NCBI RefSeq assembly: GCF_964355755.1
Contig: NC_092671.1
Location: 33,180,304-33,244,303, forward strand
Length of the DNA: 64,000 bases
Source of the DNA: Antedon mediterranea
Lineage: Eukaryota; Animalia; Echinodermata
Reading direction: 5' to 3'
Of this stretch, positions 24,757-37,900 are shown piece by piece. Each line of letters starts with the position of its first letter. Position 1 is the stretch's first letter. The notes beneath the pieces are model-generated. The model ran no database searches. It was not told the origin of the DNA and was given only the letters and a program-made list of their open reading frames with translations. The translations under genes were made by a program, and so were the position numbers.

Positions 24757-27498
24757 TTGAAAATCTCTCGACCATTCGAATTGAGTCCTACATCAGTTAT
24801 AGGAAATATTACACCCAACGGATACTCTCTCAAACATGCTCCCCGTGCTGGTACTAAAAGAGGTGGTGGAGTTGCACTTCTTTACAAGGAAAGCATAGCG
24901 GTTAAATGTTATGACACGGGATTATTACCAAAATCATTTGAACTGCTAAATGTGGAAATAGTCAGCAATGCATCCTCAGTTTTCCTCGTAGCAGTATATC
25001 GTCCTCAAAGCAAATCAACGGGTTGCAGTCTAAATGTTTTCACTGAAGAATTCTCAACTTTGGTTGATCACTATGTATTGAAGCCGGCTCCCATACTATT
25101 CGTTGGAGACTTTAACATTTCGGAATCACATTTTCGGAATCTACTTGTAGCAAGCAGTCTTCAACAGCATGTGTCTACACCTACACACCGACATGGTCAT
25201 ACATTAGACTTGCTGATCACTCGTTCATCTGATCCTTCTGTTTTCTCAAACCTTAATGTCATTGATGGTATATCAGATCACTATGCAATCACATGTAATC
25301 TCCTTATCAAGAAGCCACCCATAATCACTAAATCCATCGAAACTCGTCATTGGAATGCTATAAATTTTGAGACATTATGTAAAGATATCACACAGTCTGA
25401 TCTCGGAACTTCGCTCTCAAATCTTGATTTATCAAGTAAAGTACGACTATATGTCACCACTTTGAGTGAACTTCTTGACAAACACGCACCACCGAAAAAG
25501 AGAACAGTAAAGGTCCGACCAAACACTAGTTGGTATAACAGTGACATCTATGCTGAGAAAAGAACAAAGCGTAAGCTTGAAAAGAAATGGAGAATCTCTC
25601 ATCTGGAAATAGATCGTCAAGCTTACATTGCACAGAAGAGGAATGTAAATTCCATGGTAAGAAAGGCAAAGGCCAACTACTACATTGGCTTGTGTGAAGA
25701 ACATGCAGCAGATCAGAAAGGACTTTTTAAAATTGTTAACCAACTCCTTCATCATCGCCAGGTATCACCTCTCCCAGATAGTCTTTCTGACCTAGATATT
25801 GCGAACAGGTTCTGTCAGTTTTTCACAGACAAGATCAAGATCATCAGAGACGACTTCAAGATTGATGACATGCCATTTAATGAGCCTGTGACAGCTGTTC
25901 ATCAGCATCTCACAACATTTACACCAGCATCTCAAGATGAGATCCGCAACATTCTGATGAAATCACCAACAAAATCATGCAGGTTAGATCCAGTTCCTAC
26001 TTCTATACTGAAGAAGTGTATAGACGCAGTCGTTCCAATAATAACGGAAATCATTAACCATTCTCTTAATACCGGCATAGTGCCAGATGAACTGAAAATT
26101 GCTCACGTTCGTCCTTTAATAAAAAAGCAAAACTTGGATCATAACACGCTGAAAAATTACCGCCCGGTGTCGAATCTTTCTTTTCTTGGAAAGACTCTGG
26201 AGCGTGTAGTGACATCACGCATTACTCCATATCTTCAAAAGCATAATTTAAATGAGAATTACCAGTCGGCATATCGTGCATGTCATAGCACGGAGAGTTC
26301 CCTTTTAAAGGTACAGAATGATTTGTTACAAGGAATGAATGATGGGAAAATAACGCTATTGGTGTTGTTGGATTTGTCAGCAGCGTTTGATACAGTTGAT
26401 CACCGAAGACTGATAACCCGTCTGAGAAATCGCATTGGCATAAATGGTGTTGCTCTTAACTGGTTCCAGTCATATCTTACAGGAAGACGTCAGCTAGTCT
26501 GTATCAATGATGCATTCTCAGATGAAGCTTGCCTGGAATATGGTGTACCACAGGGGTCAGTAATTGGGCCTGGCCAGTTTTCCATTTATACGCTTCCCCT
26601 TGGTGACATTATTCGCAAACACAGTCTACATTTCCATTTCTATGCAGATGATACACAGATTTATGTGTCAGTAAATCCAGTGCAAAGGGATGTTGCTGCA
26701 GCAATCAGTAAGATGGAAGCCTGTATAGAAGATGTTCGCAATTGGATGACAACAAATTACCTAAAGTTGAATGATGGAAAGACAGAGTTTATTATCGTCG
26801 GGTCTAAATGTAACATCTCCAAAATCAACATCACACACATCAGAATCGGAAACTCTAACATCGCTCCCTCATCGGTGGTCCGGAATCTGGGAATCATGCT
26901 GGATAGTAATCTCACTATGGAAGCACAAATAACAACTGTATCCAAAGCAGCATGCATATCGATTAGGAACCTTGGTCGTATTCGCGGTAATCTTAACAAG
27001 AAAACAGCTGAATTGATTGTACACTCATTTGTCACTTCTAAAATTGACATTGGTAATGCCTTGTTGTTTGGCATACCAAAATCTCAAATACAACGTTTGC
27101 AGCGCTTGCAAAATATGGCAGCTAGAATTGTAACTTATACAAAATCAAACGCTCACATAACTCCTGTCCTGATGGATTTGCATTGGTTGCCTGTTCAACA
27201 ACGTATTAAGTACAAACTTGCGTTGTTTGTATTCAAGATCCTAAATGACAGTGCTCCTGCTTATTTATCTGACCTTGTGGATCGTTACGAATCATCCCGC
27301 AGAGGCCTACGATCATTGTCACAAAACCTTCTTCAAGAGCGTAGAGCGAAAAATCAGTGGGGTCAGAGATCTTTTTACGTTGCGGCCGCAAGTGTATGGA
27401 ACAGCTTACCAGCAACAGTTAAATGCTCAACTAGTCTAAACAGTTTCAAGAACAACCTAAAGACGTCGCTATTCGCTGATGTTCTCGCACGTTGTTAA
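24757..27498 (+). CDS. LINE ORF2 (endonuclease + reverse transcriptase), uninterrupted, N-terminus missing
   Basis: 913-codon open frame with NYRPVSNL, QSAYR, LDLSAAFDTVDH, GVPQGSVIGP, YADDTQIY, RNLG and LHWLP. There is no ATG start and the first endonuclease motifs (N..S, ETW) are absent. Confidence 0.9.
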   Translation: MKISRPFELSPTSVIGNITPNGYSLKHAPRAGTKRGGGVALLYKESIAVKCYDTGLLPKSFELLNVEIVSNASSVFLVAVYRPQSKSTGCSLNVFTEEFSTLVDHYVLKPAPILFVGDFNISESHFRNLLVASSLQQHVSTPTHRHGHTLDLLITRSSDPSVFSNLNVIDGISDHYAITCNLLIKKPPIITKSIETRHWNAINFETLCKDITQSDLGTSLSNLDLSSKVRLYVTTLSELLDKHAPPKKRTVKVRPNTSWYNSDIYAEKRTKRKLEKKWRISHLEIDRQAYIAQKRNVNSMVRKAKANYYIGLCEEHAADQKGLFKIVNQLLHHRQVSPLPDSLSDLDIANRFCQFFTDKIKIIRDDFKIDDMPFNEPVTAVHQHLTTFTPASQDEIRNILMKSPTKSCRLDPVPTSILKKCIDAVVPIITEIINHSLNTGIVPDELKIAHVRPLIKKQNLDHNTLKNYRPVSNLSFLGKTLERVVTSRITPYLQKHNLNENYQSAYRACHSTESSLLKVQNDLLQGMNDGKITLLVLLDLSAAFDTVDHRRLITRLRNRIGINGVALNWFQSYLTGRRQLVCINDAFSDEACLEYGVPQGSVIGPGQFSIYTLPLGDIIRKHSLHFHFYADDTQIYVSVNPVQRDVAAAISKMEACIEDVRNWMTTNYLKLNDGKTEFIIVGSKCNISKINITHIRIGNSNIAPSSVVRNLGIMLDSNLTMEAQITTVSKAACISIRNLGRIRGNLNKKTAELIVHSFVTSKIDIGNALLFGIPKSQIQRLQRLQNMAARIVTYTKSNAHITPVLMDLHWLPVQQRIKYKLALFVFKILNDSAPAYLSDLVDRYESSRRGLRSLSQNLLQERRAKNQWGQRSFYVAAASVWNSLPATVKCSTSLNSFKNNLKTSLFADVLARC

Positions 27499-27577
27499 TG
27501 CACAAAGCGCCATGAGCGCCACATGGGTGGAGGATACCGGCGCTATATAAGTTTTCATTTATTATTATTATTATTAC
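24757..27577 (+). mobile_element. 5'-truncated L2-group (L2/Crack-like) LINE
   Basis: ORF2 has AP-endonuclease motifs (RGGGVA, YRP, GDFN, TLDL, SDH) and an RT. The 3' end AAGCGCC..GGCGCTATATAAG followed by an (ATT)n tail to ~27577 is typical of L2-group ends. Confidence 0.9.
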
Positions 27578-29619
27578 TGAAATACCAAATCTGGGGGAGT
27601 CTTCTGGAAATAATTATAACAAAACCTAATAATATTAGGTTGATGATTATTGTTACAATTTGTAACTCTCATTAGAATTACTTGTGGGAATTGATGTTAA
27701 TTATTTTATCTGCTAGAGTCCGTACTTTTAATTTAGTTTAAGTTCATCAGATGAAATTATCGATTGAAGTCTAAGCTCGTTAATTACAAGTTGCTTAGTT
27801 AAAGAGATGAAATGCTAATTTATTATGCTATGAAAGGAACACTATGAATAGTCTGTACTTTTTATAATTAATAGCAGAAAAAGGGCAATTATGGGGGGTT
27901 TTGTACAAAATCACTCGTTTAGAGGTAAGGTCAGTTTTCTCCTATCGTTGTTCACTTAATGAACATTCTTCATTCGTTTAATCATTCATTATAACCAGTA
28001 ATTGACAATGTGTCATCTTCTAATCTATTCATCAGAAATTCCACTTGAGGTCTTCAAGATCTCGCAGTCGAGAAGGCTGATGCTTACGGATAGTTTTTGT
28101 TAATAATTTTATATTATTAATTACCACAACTTTTATGTTAAAGGTTGGCTCCGGTTATACACTTTCTATAGTTTATTAATATTATTATTATGAAATATAA
28201 TCCTTAACATAAACAGAAAATGCAGGTATATGCTTATTGTGTAATTGTAATGAAAAGGAAACTGTATCATTTCGTATTTGAATGCAAAAGACTTGAGTAC
28301 GTAAGACAACCAATACTCATGAACCTTACAGATGAACTAAACAACAATAATCTATCCATGCTCTGGGAATTGTTTACTATTGGTACTAGCTCTCTAGATC
28401 TTAGGGTCTGCTGTATAACACAAAATTACCGTTTATTTTAAAATGGATTAAAAATAACAAAAGACCGCGTTTCTGTCCAATTTAAATCAATGGGTGATCG
28501 TTGACAAAAATCGTTAGAATTACCCAAAATGAAATTAGTCATGGCATTGTTTGTAAATTACAATTTTGGTGGTTCTTATAACATAAAACAGTTCCTGTAA
28601 AGGTCTGCTTTATTGCTAATGAAAATTAAGTGGGTTATTGTCAATATTGTTACAACATTTTGATAGGTCTACCGTATTTTATAATTTAAAAATAAAAATC
28701 TTTAAAATGATTGCAAACATTTAGACACATTTAGAGGCGGATGTCGATGGTGCACATGATCTGATGTAGCTTTCAAAACTATGCTTGATAATTATACACA
28801 AGTATATATTTTCCGTCCGTAAGAATGGTTAAGAAATAAATACCATTTTATGGGCAATTGACATTATTTCATAAGCTATTTGATCTATACTATTCATAAA
28901 TAGACATTTCCGAATCAAATAAGATTTAATCAATGTTGTAACAATCTTTCTGGTTTTAGAAGCTGTTCTATTGTGTTGAGTCCTCTATTACATCCTTGAT
29001 ACTCTTTTCATTTCCGTTTGATTGGATTCAAATTAAGTGTATATTCAACGATGAATATCCAGGTGAATTTGAAGCTGCTTGATTGTGTTGAAAAGTGAAA
29101 TTACTTTTTGTTGATGGTGAAGACATGTACTTAGGCTCTTTATGGTAGTTTTTTGGCTGCCGTTTATTATACGAGTGCAATATTTAGGCCTAAATCAACA
29201 CTTTTCAACCTGAACACATCGCTTCCCCATCATAATTTAGATGTATATCTCATTGTTTATTATGTAGGTGAACGTCGCATATCTCTTAGGCCTATGTTGT
29301 ATTGGTATATTATTAAAAAATACCTTGTACCCGATATCTATTCAATGTTGGCTAACAAACTCGGCTTTATCCCGACCAGAAGTAATAAAACAATGCATTA
29401 CATCTCCTCATAATACTGATACTGATCACACTTGATTTTTTTTTATAAAACATTATTCTTCGTTTTAGTTCTTGGTTAGGCTTATTTTTTTTGGCCTTCC
29501 ATTTTCTATTATGATGATATTTGATATTATAAATAATGGTTGAAAATCACGTATTGTTTTATTTTTTATTCGAGCTCATTGGAATTTGGTTCATTGGCTT
29601 GCATATGTAATTTGTTCAG

Positions 29620-29711
29620 ACCTTTTCTACCACTGCGATCGAGAACAGACTTGAACTCATGCCGATTGTGTATAGCCAATGATTTGCCTTAACAGTTTGG
29701 CCACTCGATTC
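29620..29711 (-). mobile_element. SINE tRNA-like head fragment
   Basis: Reverse complement gives GAGTGGCCAAACTGTTAAGGC..ATCGGCATGAGTTCAAGTC..GTGGTAGAA, similar to the head of the 31.7-kb SINE. Confidence 0.5.
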
Positions 29712-29835
29712 GCAAGATGTTCGCTGACACTTGACTCAGTCTGATCTTGATTAGATACATCCATTCTAATTTGTCAGCTTTAGAATTTACCTTAATACAC
29801 TAAAGTTCATTAAAGAGATTTAAAAGCATTCGTGA

Positions 29836-30712
29836 ATTCATTCATTCATTCATTCTGCTTTTATTCAATATTTCTCTTTGCAGTATATATAAAATAAAAC
29901 TGAATTGCGAGAGATTTACATATAAAATTGGTACAAGCTTTCAAACATCAAAATTTACAACATTAAAAAGTTAAAAAGTTAAAAAAAAAAAAAATATTTT
30001 TAAAAAGGAGATATTACACATGGAAGAAACTGATGAAAGTACTTATTACTTATTATTATTATTATTGTTGTGTTTATTTTGGTTTATTAATTAGTCTACA
30101 CAGTGCTGGGAAACATGAGTTGTTGAATCTTTTAGTATTGCCATATATTTCACTTTGCTTCTTAGCATTCCTAAGTATCCTGCCACACGTTTCGCCTCTC
30201 AATTTAGGAAGTGCGTTAGGAACGATTTTGTTAAGATTTTTAGCAAAATCAAGAAGAATATCTTCTCTTCTTTGATCTAAAAATTTAAGATTAAATAGTT
30301 TAATTGCTTGATCATAGGATGCATATTTTTGTCCGAGAATTATTCTACATGCGCGTTTCTGTATAGATTCAAGCTCCATGGATTGTGCTATGGTTAAGGC
30401 AGAGTGCCATACCGGACACGCATATTCAGTTACAGGTCTTATGTGGCTAATATACATTTGACGCAGATGGTTACAAGGCATTCCAAATCTTTTTAAACAT
30501 GTCAACATATGTAATCTCTTACTAGCTCTATTAACAACATCGTGGATATGCATATTCCATTTCAGATCATTAGTAATCTGAACCCCAAGTAACTTTAAGC
30601 ATTCAACATTGGTTATTTTTATATTATTTATCGTAAATGATTTAACAATGGGTTGAGATTTGGCAAAAGAAATGTTCATAAAGTTAGTTTTTTCAATATT
30701 AATTATCATATC
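29836..30712 (-). mobile_element. 5'-truncated CR1-group LINE (ORF2 C-terminus plus 3' UTR)
   Basis: ORF 30074-30709 has KLLGV..DLKW..H..ASKRL..IRPVTEYACPVW..LESIQKRACRII. On the - strand it ends with AATAAA and (GAAT)n near 29836-29862. Confidence 0.85.
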
Positions 30713-31489
30713 CCAATTAGGCTTTATTTATTGCGAAGCAATACAGTACATAAACAACCTTTCACGTTCTCCATTTTCTAAATGAATTATTCATATTAAA
30801 AAAGTTAGAGCAAACAGCTATTCTTGGCCAGTTTCTTTGATATTCTCCTTGAACTGACACATTTAAAAATGAATTGCAATATACGCTAAATCAAAGGATG
30901 AATTAATTTTTAGACATTAAGATTCACCACCAAAGTAGACCTAACATGATTTAACCGCGCGCATTCGTGAATCCTTATTAGGCTTAATTTGTTACGAAGT
31001 ATTATAGAGTAAACAGCATGTCATGTTTACGACATTTTTATAAATACATTATTCATTGAAGAAAAACTGTTGTACTCCTTGCCCATTGTGACAAAATTAT
31101 ACATGTTTGTAATATAGCCTAAATCAAAATAAATTTAATTTAAAGAAATGTATGGAAGCCTAACATTTTATATCCGTACCGGTAATGAGCTTACCCCTTA
31201 AGCCAGACAGAATTTAACACAGGGAGTGATAACTAAAAGGCTTGTAGATCGTTGGAAGAGAAACCTAATGTTTCAAGTAATTAACCTATTTTGTTGATTA
31301 GTTCGGCATAGTTGCTACACTGAACAGAAACGGAAATCAGTTCTAATTAAGTCAATCAGATGTTTAAATGATGTGATGTTGTTGGATGTAATTACTTTAT
31401 GGCTGTTCGTTCAAGTATGAATGTTAGAATATTTTATTACAGTTATTTATTTTTTTATTGTATGTCTTTAGGCAATGTAGCCAAGGATT

Positions 31490-31793
31490 ACCAATAGTAA
31501 ATTAATCACTGTCCTATCAGATAGGTGGAAATCCCCCTGATACAGGGGCTTTTTAGTGAACCAGTTCACCGGGGTAAGGCCCTACTCTTTCTCGAATAAT
31601 GAACTGGGTTCTTTAAAGTGCACATGGGTTATAACTGTTTACACTGGACCTACAGTTTATAGTCCTTATCCGAGAAGACTTTTTCCACCACCAGAACTAG
31701 GAGCAAGTCGGCCTCAAACCCTTGCCGATCTTGTTGGCTTTTCGGGTACGGTAAACGGCGCCCCTGCCTTTACCGCTCGGCCATTTGACTCAC
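31490..31793 (-). mobile_element. tRNA-headed Nin/Deu-domain SINE (most complete copy)
   Basis: On the - strand: A-box TGGCCGAGCGG, B-box-like GGTTTGAGGCC, then GTCTTCTCGGATAAGGACTATAAAC..GCACTTTAAAGAACCC..TTCGAGAAAGAGTAGGG..CCCCGGTG, matching my recollection of the conserved Deu/Nin core. Confidence 0.8.
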
Positions 31794-31876
31794 TAAAAAA
31801 AACAACAGTGTCAATACGAATTGAAACAATTTTGTCTGCTGTACGAATTGTAAACAATAAGACATGGTATTTATGT

Positions 31877-32615
31877 CAGTATGAATTGTAAGAATTCGAT
31901 TGTGTCTTTGTTTCAGTACGGATTGTCACAATTCGACAGTATCTCTATGTCAGTACGGATTGTGAAAATCCGACAGTATCTTTGTGTGAACTGTCATCAT
32001 TTGACAGTATGTTTTGTGCCAGTACGGATTGTCACAATTGGACAGCATTTTGTGCCAGTACCGATTTTCACAAATCGACAGCCTCTTTGTGTGAGTTTGA
32101 TTTCATAGAATCTTTGTGTCGTAGAGATTGTCACAATTCGACAGTATTGCTTTACTCCACAGTTTCTGTATGTTACTAGGGATTGTCACAATTCGACAGT
32201 ATATTAATTTGTGTCAGTACGGATTGTCACAATTCAGCAGTATCTTTGTGTCAGTGCGGATTGTCACAATTCTACAGTATTTCTGTATTCCACAGTATCT
32301 CTGTTTCAGTACGGATTTTCACAATTCGACTGTATCTTTGTGTGAGTAGGATTGTCACAATTTTGACAGTATAGTTGTGTCAGTAGAGATTGTCACAATT
32401 CGACAGTATTTCTGTACTCCACAGTATCTCTGTTTTTTCAGTAGGATTGTCACAATTTCGACAGTATCTTCGTTTCAGTACGGATTGTGAAGATCAGTAT
32501 CTCTGTATCAACTGTCATCATTTGACAGTATTTTTGTGACAGTACGGATTGTCACAATTGGACAGCATTTTGTGCCAGCCTCTTTGTGTGAAATAGGATT
32601 TTCGCAATTTCACAG
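31877..32615. repeat. Degenerate ~37-bp minisatellite
   Basis: Unit CAGTACGGATTGTCACAATTCGACAGTATCTYTRTGT (31914, 31951...), with many diverged and longer variants. Confidence 0.9.
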
Positions 32616-33614
32616 AATCATTGTTAAAAGAAATAAATTTCTGTCACTGCTCAGAGACAATATATTTTTATGTGATTAATTGTCTAAGTTATAATCCCGT
32701 AAATAACTCAATAAATACATAGGACCTGAATAGAAAAAAATATATATTTTGTAAATTTGTTTATAGACAATTTACGGAACCAACTCTTACTAGTAATATA
32801 TTAATAAATCTGTCACTGTATGGCAATTACCAGTCAACGACTTCTATATAATATAATTCAGCAAGTGACAGAGTATTATCAAACAATTTGATCGATCCTT
32901 TGATCCAATCCTTAATCTGATATTTAGTGGTGAATTCAATTTTATTAATCTAATGCCCTAAATATGATAGTCAGTAAGTCCGGCATAGAAACATTGCGGC
33001 ATTGATATTTTATTGTCTTACTGTGCTATTATCTCAGCATTTTTACTTTTTTTACGTTCGACTGTAGAAATCTTTCCACATAATCTACAATTGTATTACT
33101 TTGGCACACCAAACTGCGTAGTGTTTTAATGCTTAGTAACGCTAAATAATATTGTGTGTTTTTTGTTTGTTTCTGTAAATATTTTACTCGTTTTAGCCTT
33201 GCTTGTTTTTACTAGTTTTCTAATTGTAGTTATAATTATTCCATGTTTGTATCTCTTGTATGCATTTTAGACTTTTGACTTTGTATGATTTTAATTGATG
33301 AATGAGTAAATAAATATACCTTAAATGTTGCCCGTTATGTAAAAAACCTGTAGATGAAAATTATGTATTGAAAGGTAATAATTCTGCACTAAAATTTCAT
33401 GCACTTCAATGGCATGTTTTGATGTTTAAAACCCGGTATATGTCGAGGTCTGCACACAATTGACTTTTGGAAACATTAGGTTGAGTAAGGTACTTTAGGC
33501 CTAATTATATCTTGATTCTAGTGCTCTGTTTTAGAGAGATTTTGGCCCATTGTTATAGTAGGATAGTGGATTTTAAGAGTCAGGCTACACCTGTACCGTA
33601 GTAATTTATTATTA

Positions 33615-33915
33615 CTAGAGGGTGAGCTCGCTTCGCTCGCTCCCCCTCTAGGAAGTGTAGATGATGGTTCTCGGAATGATAATGACTCGGGACGCAAAAA
33701 GTTTTAGAAGGACATTCTGGCCTGGACAATTTCGGTTGGTTACCATTATTTAAATGCTTTTGATATTCGTAAAACTAAACGTACTCACTAACCTAAGTGT
33801 CTTAGATGATTAATAGCGTTTTAGGCGTATAGTGTTTATTGTAGATATGCTTGGTAAATTGTAAAACAGTCCGAAGAAATCTACTAAAAATAGTATAATT
33901 GTGTTGTAAATATAA
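33615..33915 (-). mobile_element. Helitron-like non-autonomous element, 3' end
   Basis: The - strand ends ...GAGCGAGCGAAGCGAGCTCACCCTCTAG|T (GC hairpin, CTAG, then T). The body at 33700-33910 is homologous to 63363-63722. Confidence 0.6.
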
Positions 33916-34696
33916 TGCAATATTGTGTGTATAAATGTGGATGGGCGTTTATTAGATGTATTTAGGGTGGGGAGGGGGGGGGGGGTTGAGTAGCGAGATA
34001 ATTATTTTAATTTATGTTTTATTCTGGAGGTGTTCCGGGCGTTTATTCAAATAAATACCATCCTAATTGGTATAATTAATACATTATTCCGCGACACAGT
34101 GGCCTAAGAAGGAAGACATTTAGACGGCTTGCAACATGGGGAGAAGTATCCCAGGGTCCTGATGAAACACAGATAGCGCACAGTATACATAAAGACCTGG
34201 CAGCTTATTCAACAACTCGGCTATCGGGGTTTCATTCGATTTCAAAACAAAAGCTCTTATCATCAATTCTCTCGATGTAATGTAATTTTATATAATTATT
34301 TCCCACAATTTACTCCTATGTTTTGTGAATGTATTTAATTTGATCTTTATGTACTACTATACCTTCACACGCGCGGTCCGAAAATAAACAAAAAAAACAA
34401 AATGGCTATCGCCACCAAGCACCAACGGCCAACTTAGTTGAAACAGGTAGTTGTTTTACAACTCCCTGGTTGAAACCAACACGTTCCGTGAACCCGGAAA
34501 TTACTTCTACCGACCGAAGTTTTTGCATTGTGCTCGCCTATGTCAGAATTAACCATAATTTATATATAGATTCCATTGTGTCAAATTCAATAGTTTTGAA
34601 TAGGTCTTGGTTGATTTCTCTTATCATAGGCTAAAGAGGTTACACAGATAGAATCGTTCCAGATACTTGAGTATGAAATACAACTATAGTATGTAT

Positions 34697-34901
34697 CAGT
34701 GGCGTAACGCAGAGGCCTGAGGCCCCTGGTTTAGGAACTATAAGTGGTCCTCCAACGCTGGAAACCTTGGGTGTTTTTAGCCTTTTTCGACATATTTTAA
34801 TGTCTGTTTTTTTTTTCTCCTCTGGGCACTGCTTTTAGGGGCGCCTTGAGCTCCGGGCCCCTGGGTTTAGCCAGTGAGCGCTCGTAGCCGTTACGCCACT
34901 G
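34697..34901. mobile_element. hAT-type MITE, 205 bp
   Basis: Perfect 13-bp TIR CAGTGGCGTAACG/CGTTACGCCACTG and perfect 8-bp TSD GTATGTAT (34689-34696, 34902-34909). Confidence 0.92.
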
Positions 34902-37900
34902 GTATGTATACGTACACGTAAATTCAATCTAAGTTAAAAAATATCATTTTTTTTAAATCTGTAGAAAGTTCTCATTTAACAACAAACTAATTAAACTAAT
35001 ATTAATTACGTCACAAATCTTTAAGTATGCCAGTTTGAGTAAATTTTATCGGGTAGACGTATTAAAATCCTTGAATATGTAACACAGAGGTTGACGTTTG
35101 TAAATTAGACAAAAGGAGCCATTGTGCTCTAAGAATCAAAAGTGTTATTTTATTTTATTATTTATTATCTTATTTGTCTGCAAAATTAATCTGTTTATAC
35201 GAAACCCATTATTCAATTACCTACTTAATTAATCTTAATGACTTTGTGTGAATCCGAAAGGATAATAATAGAGACACATTGAATAGGTCAACAGTTTTGT
35301 GTCATTTGACTATTATAAAAAATGCGTACGTTTGTGGAATATTTCTTAATTTAAGGAATATGACGTTAAGATGGACAAGCTCTGTAATTAAATCACATAT
35401 TTGATTTGTAAATTGTTTTGGATTTCTGCTTTCTTGAATAGCTTAGGCATTGGCCTAACCTCCCGTTAAAAATGTTCTATTTTCATCTGTTTACCTCATA
35501 AAATTAGTTTTACCATTGCACTCATAAACATTCATTATTTGTATATTAAATGATTCTAGTTGAGTGACTGGCCTGACAAACGGTCAAAACCGCTGTTTCG
35601 TTTATCTGCCAGAGGCATCGTTCATAACCTTTTATAACACACCTAACTATTCAGAAATGAGCAAAAAGATGAACGTTCGTTAGTACCGTTAAATATCACC
35701 ATTGAATATGACATTTTCGTTCAGGAGAACTATTGCACTCATTACGGCACGTGTAATACGTAATTAACCCGTAAAATGGCAACGATACACTCCGGTGTGT
35801 TATAAATCTTAACAATAATGAATGATTGATACGAACGTGCTTATATTATTTTGATTCTGCAACATTTTAACCGAGGCATAGCAATGGTGTATTCTGTGCT
35901 CTATTTATTAAGTTTCATAAACGAGATAATTTTTCATTCCCTTTAGATCTGGCACAGTTTATTTTAATAGCATCCACTACACCGTGTAGGAGGGTTGAGT
36001 GATGCTCAAAGCATTTTGTATATTGTATATTTTCGATTAATATTCTTCTTCCTGAAGTGCTTCATTTTATTTTGATGGTTCCCACTTTTTTGTATTGCAT
36101 TCCTCCACACTTACCTACTGCGCTCCGGCTCCGACTCCAGTTCAGGTTCGCGTCTATTGCACGTACAATTTTATTATCAACTTTTCGTTTTCACGAATAA
36201 ATGTATGTTTCCACAACCAATCAGTGATCACCTAAACGATTTGTTACTGCTCATGTAGACCCCTTTGAGCAAATATTTTTGTACACCTTTTCCTTCCATA
36301 CATACTTCTACGCAAACCTCTTCTCATCGACTAATCCATAAAGCCTAATAACAAATATTCTAATGCATCTGTGCAACTCACCAGAGACCCATAACACGTT
36401 ATGCACCTTAAAACCTGAATGTAATGTTTACTAGAAAACTGCATAAACTAGAAATAAATCCAGCGTTAGATTACTCCTGATATGAAATCAATTCGAGTCT
36501 ATCTTAAATGCTTTTTATGTAGCGAATTATTACATTTTTTCGACCATTCACATACATGTGCTTTTATTGATTTAAACTTTAAATCCAACTATCGTCGTAG
36601 CATCTGTAAATCTATCAGGATCGTCCATTCCCTCGGCTTAAAATCATGCTTACTCAGAAAATACTTTGATAGCATGTCCTAGCTTCTTAGCCTTAGTTCG
36701 TTCCAATTTTCTTCTTCCCATCTTACGATACATTATAAATAATGGTTATCATAAGTCTGGCGCATGGATGCCTTACATTTTCAAATAATATAAGTATGTA
36801 TATCCCTAATCCTGCCTTCTCACATTGTTCTATTGCTTCTGTAGGCAATTAGGCCTGTATTATGATATTAATTCTAATTTAATGCCCAAGTATAGTCAGG
36901 TAGGCTTTCTATATCGATGGATCTGTGTATGTATGTACTTATATGAGCATGTCATAACGTGTTACACTTCAGATCACGGAACGGCGGCATACGTTTTGTT
37001 CTTTATCGATAATCGTCTAGTCTATGAAACCCTTTTACATTTTTCTCACGTGACACACCGAGCTTCAGAAATTGTTTTCTATTTAAATAACATTATTATT
37101 GTTTAATAAAGAGTACTGTTATTTATTCCCTTGTAGATTTTGTCAAGTTTCATCTATGTGGTAATCTGTTGCGAGAAAATTAAGTATTTTCCAAATTAGA
37201 ATTTCTTCTAATTAGACATTTTCTGTAGTCCCAGTGGAATGCTAAGATAATGCAATCTTTGATTACATTTTCCTCACTAAAGAATGAACTAAAATCTATC
37301 TTTAGAGAATTTAGGTTTAGTATATGTGCAAATTATATTTCGCCAATAAATGATGCCAATACAAAATAATACTATGTTAGGTTTTCTCTTAAAAAAGGAT
37401 ACGATCTTTTCAAATGCAAGAAACATTTAGATGAAATACTTTTCGTTAGTTAAGCCCAATGGACTTGTACATTGGAAAATTATTTAAATGGCAATGTTGT
37501 TGGTACATTTTGGTAATACTTTTTTCATCGTAGTGTGTTAAAGACATTGAGATATGCATGATTACTACACCACATCAATAATATTCATGTTTCTGTAATA
37601 ACAATGTAAATTTATTGTAGAACGATTTGATTGATCACTGAAACGACAGAAGAATATAAATTGACAAATTAGAGAATCACCTGGACAGCAATATTTTACG
37701 TTATCACGTACTACTCATTACAGCCCCAGTGACGCTCGCAACATGTATTGTTTTGCGGTATCTGTGATCGTTTTGTTAGAATATTTATAGCTAATTTTGA
37801 GATATGTTGTAATTCTATCATTGGTAATGTACTTCTTCTAAGTTATTGAGTTTGGGGAAATTGTCCGTGACTCCGGTCTAGTTATATCAGTGTGTTCTAC

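Noticed and set aside
25347-27439. Antisense and alternate-frame ORFs within the LINE; likewise 38354-38728 and 39165-39424 against the GPCR
   Set aside because: Shadows of real coding sequence on the other strand or frame.
28220-28441. HFVFECKRL, zinc-knuckle-like LINE tail
   Set aside because: Single weak motif; element boundaries cannot be defined.
31700-31793. tRNA-like A and B boxes on the - strand
   Set aside because: No cloverleaf or acceptor stem; it runs into the SINE core, so it is a SINE head, not a tRNA gene.
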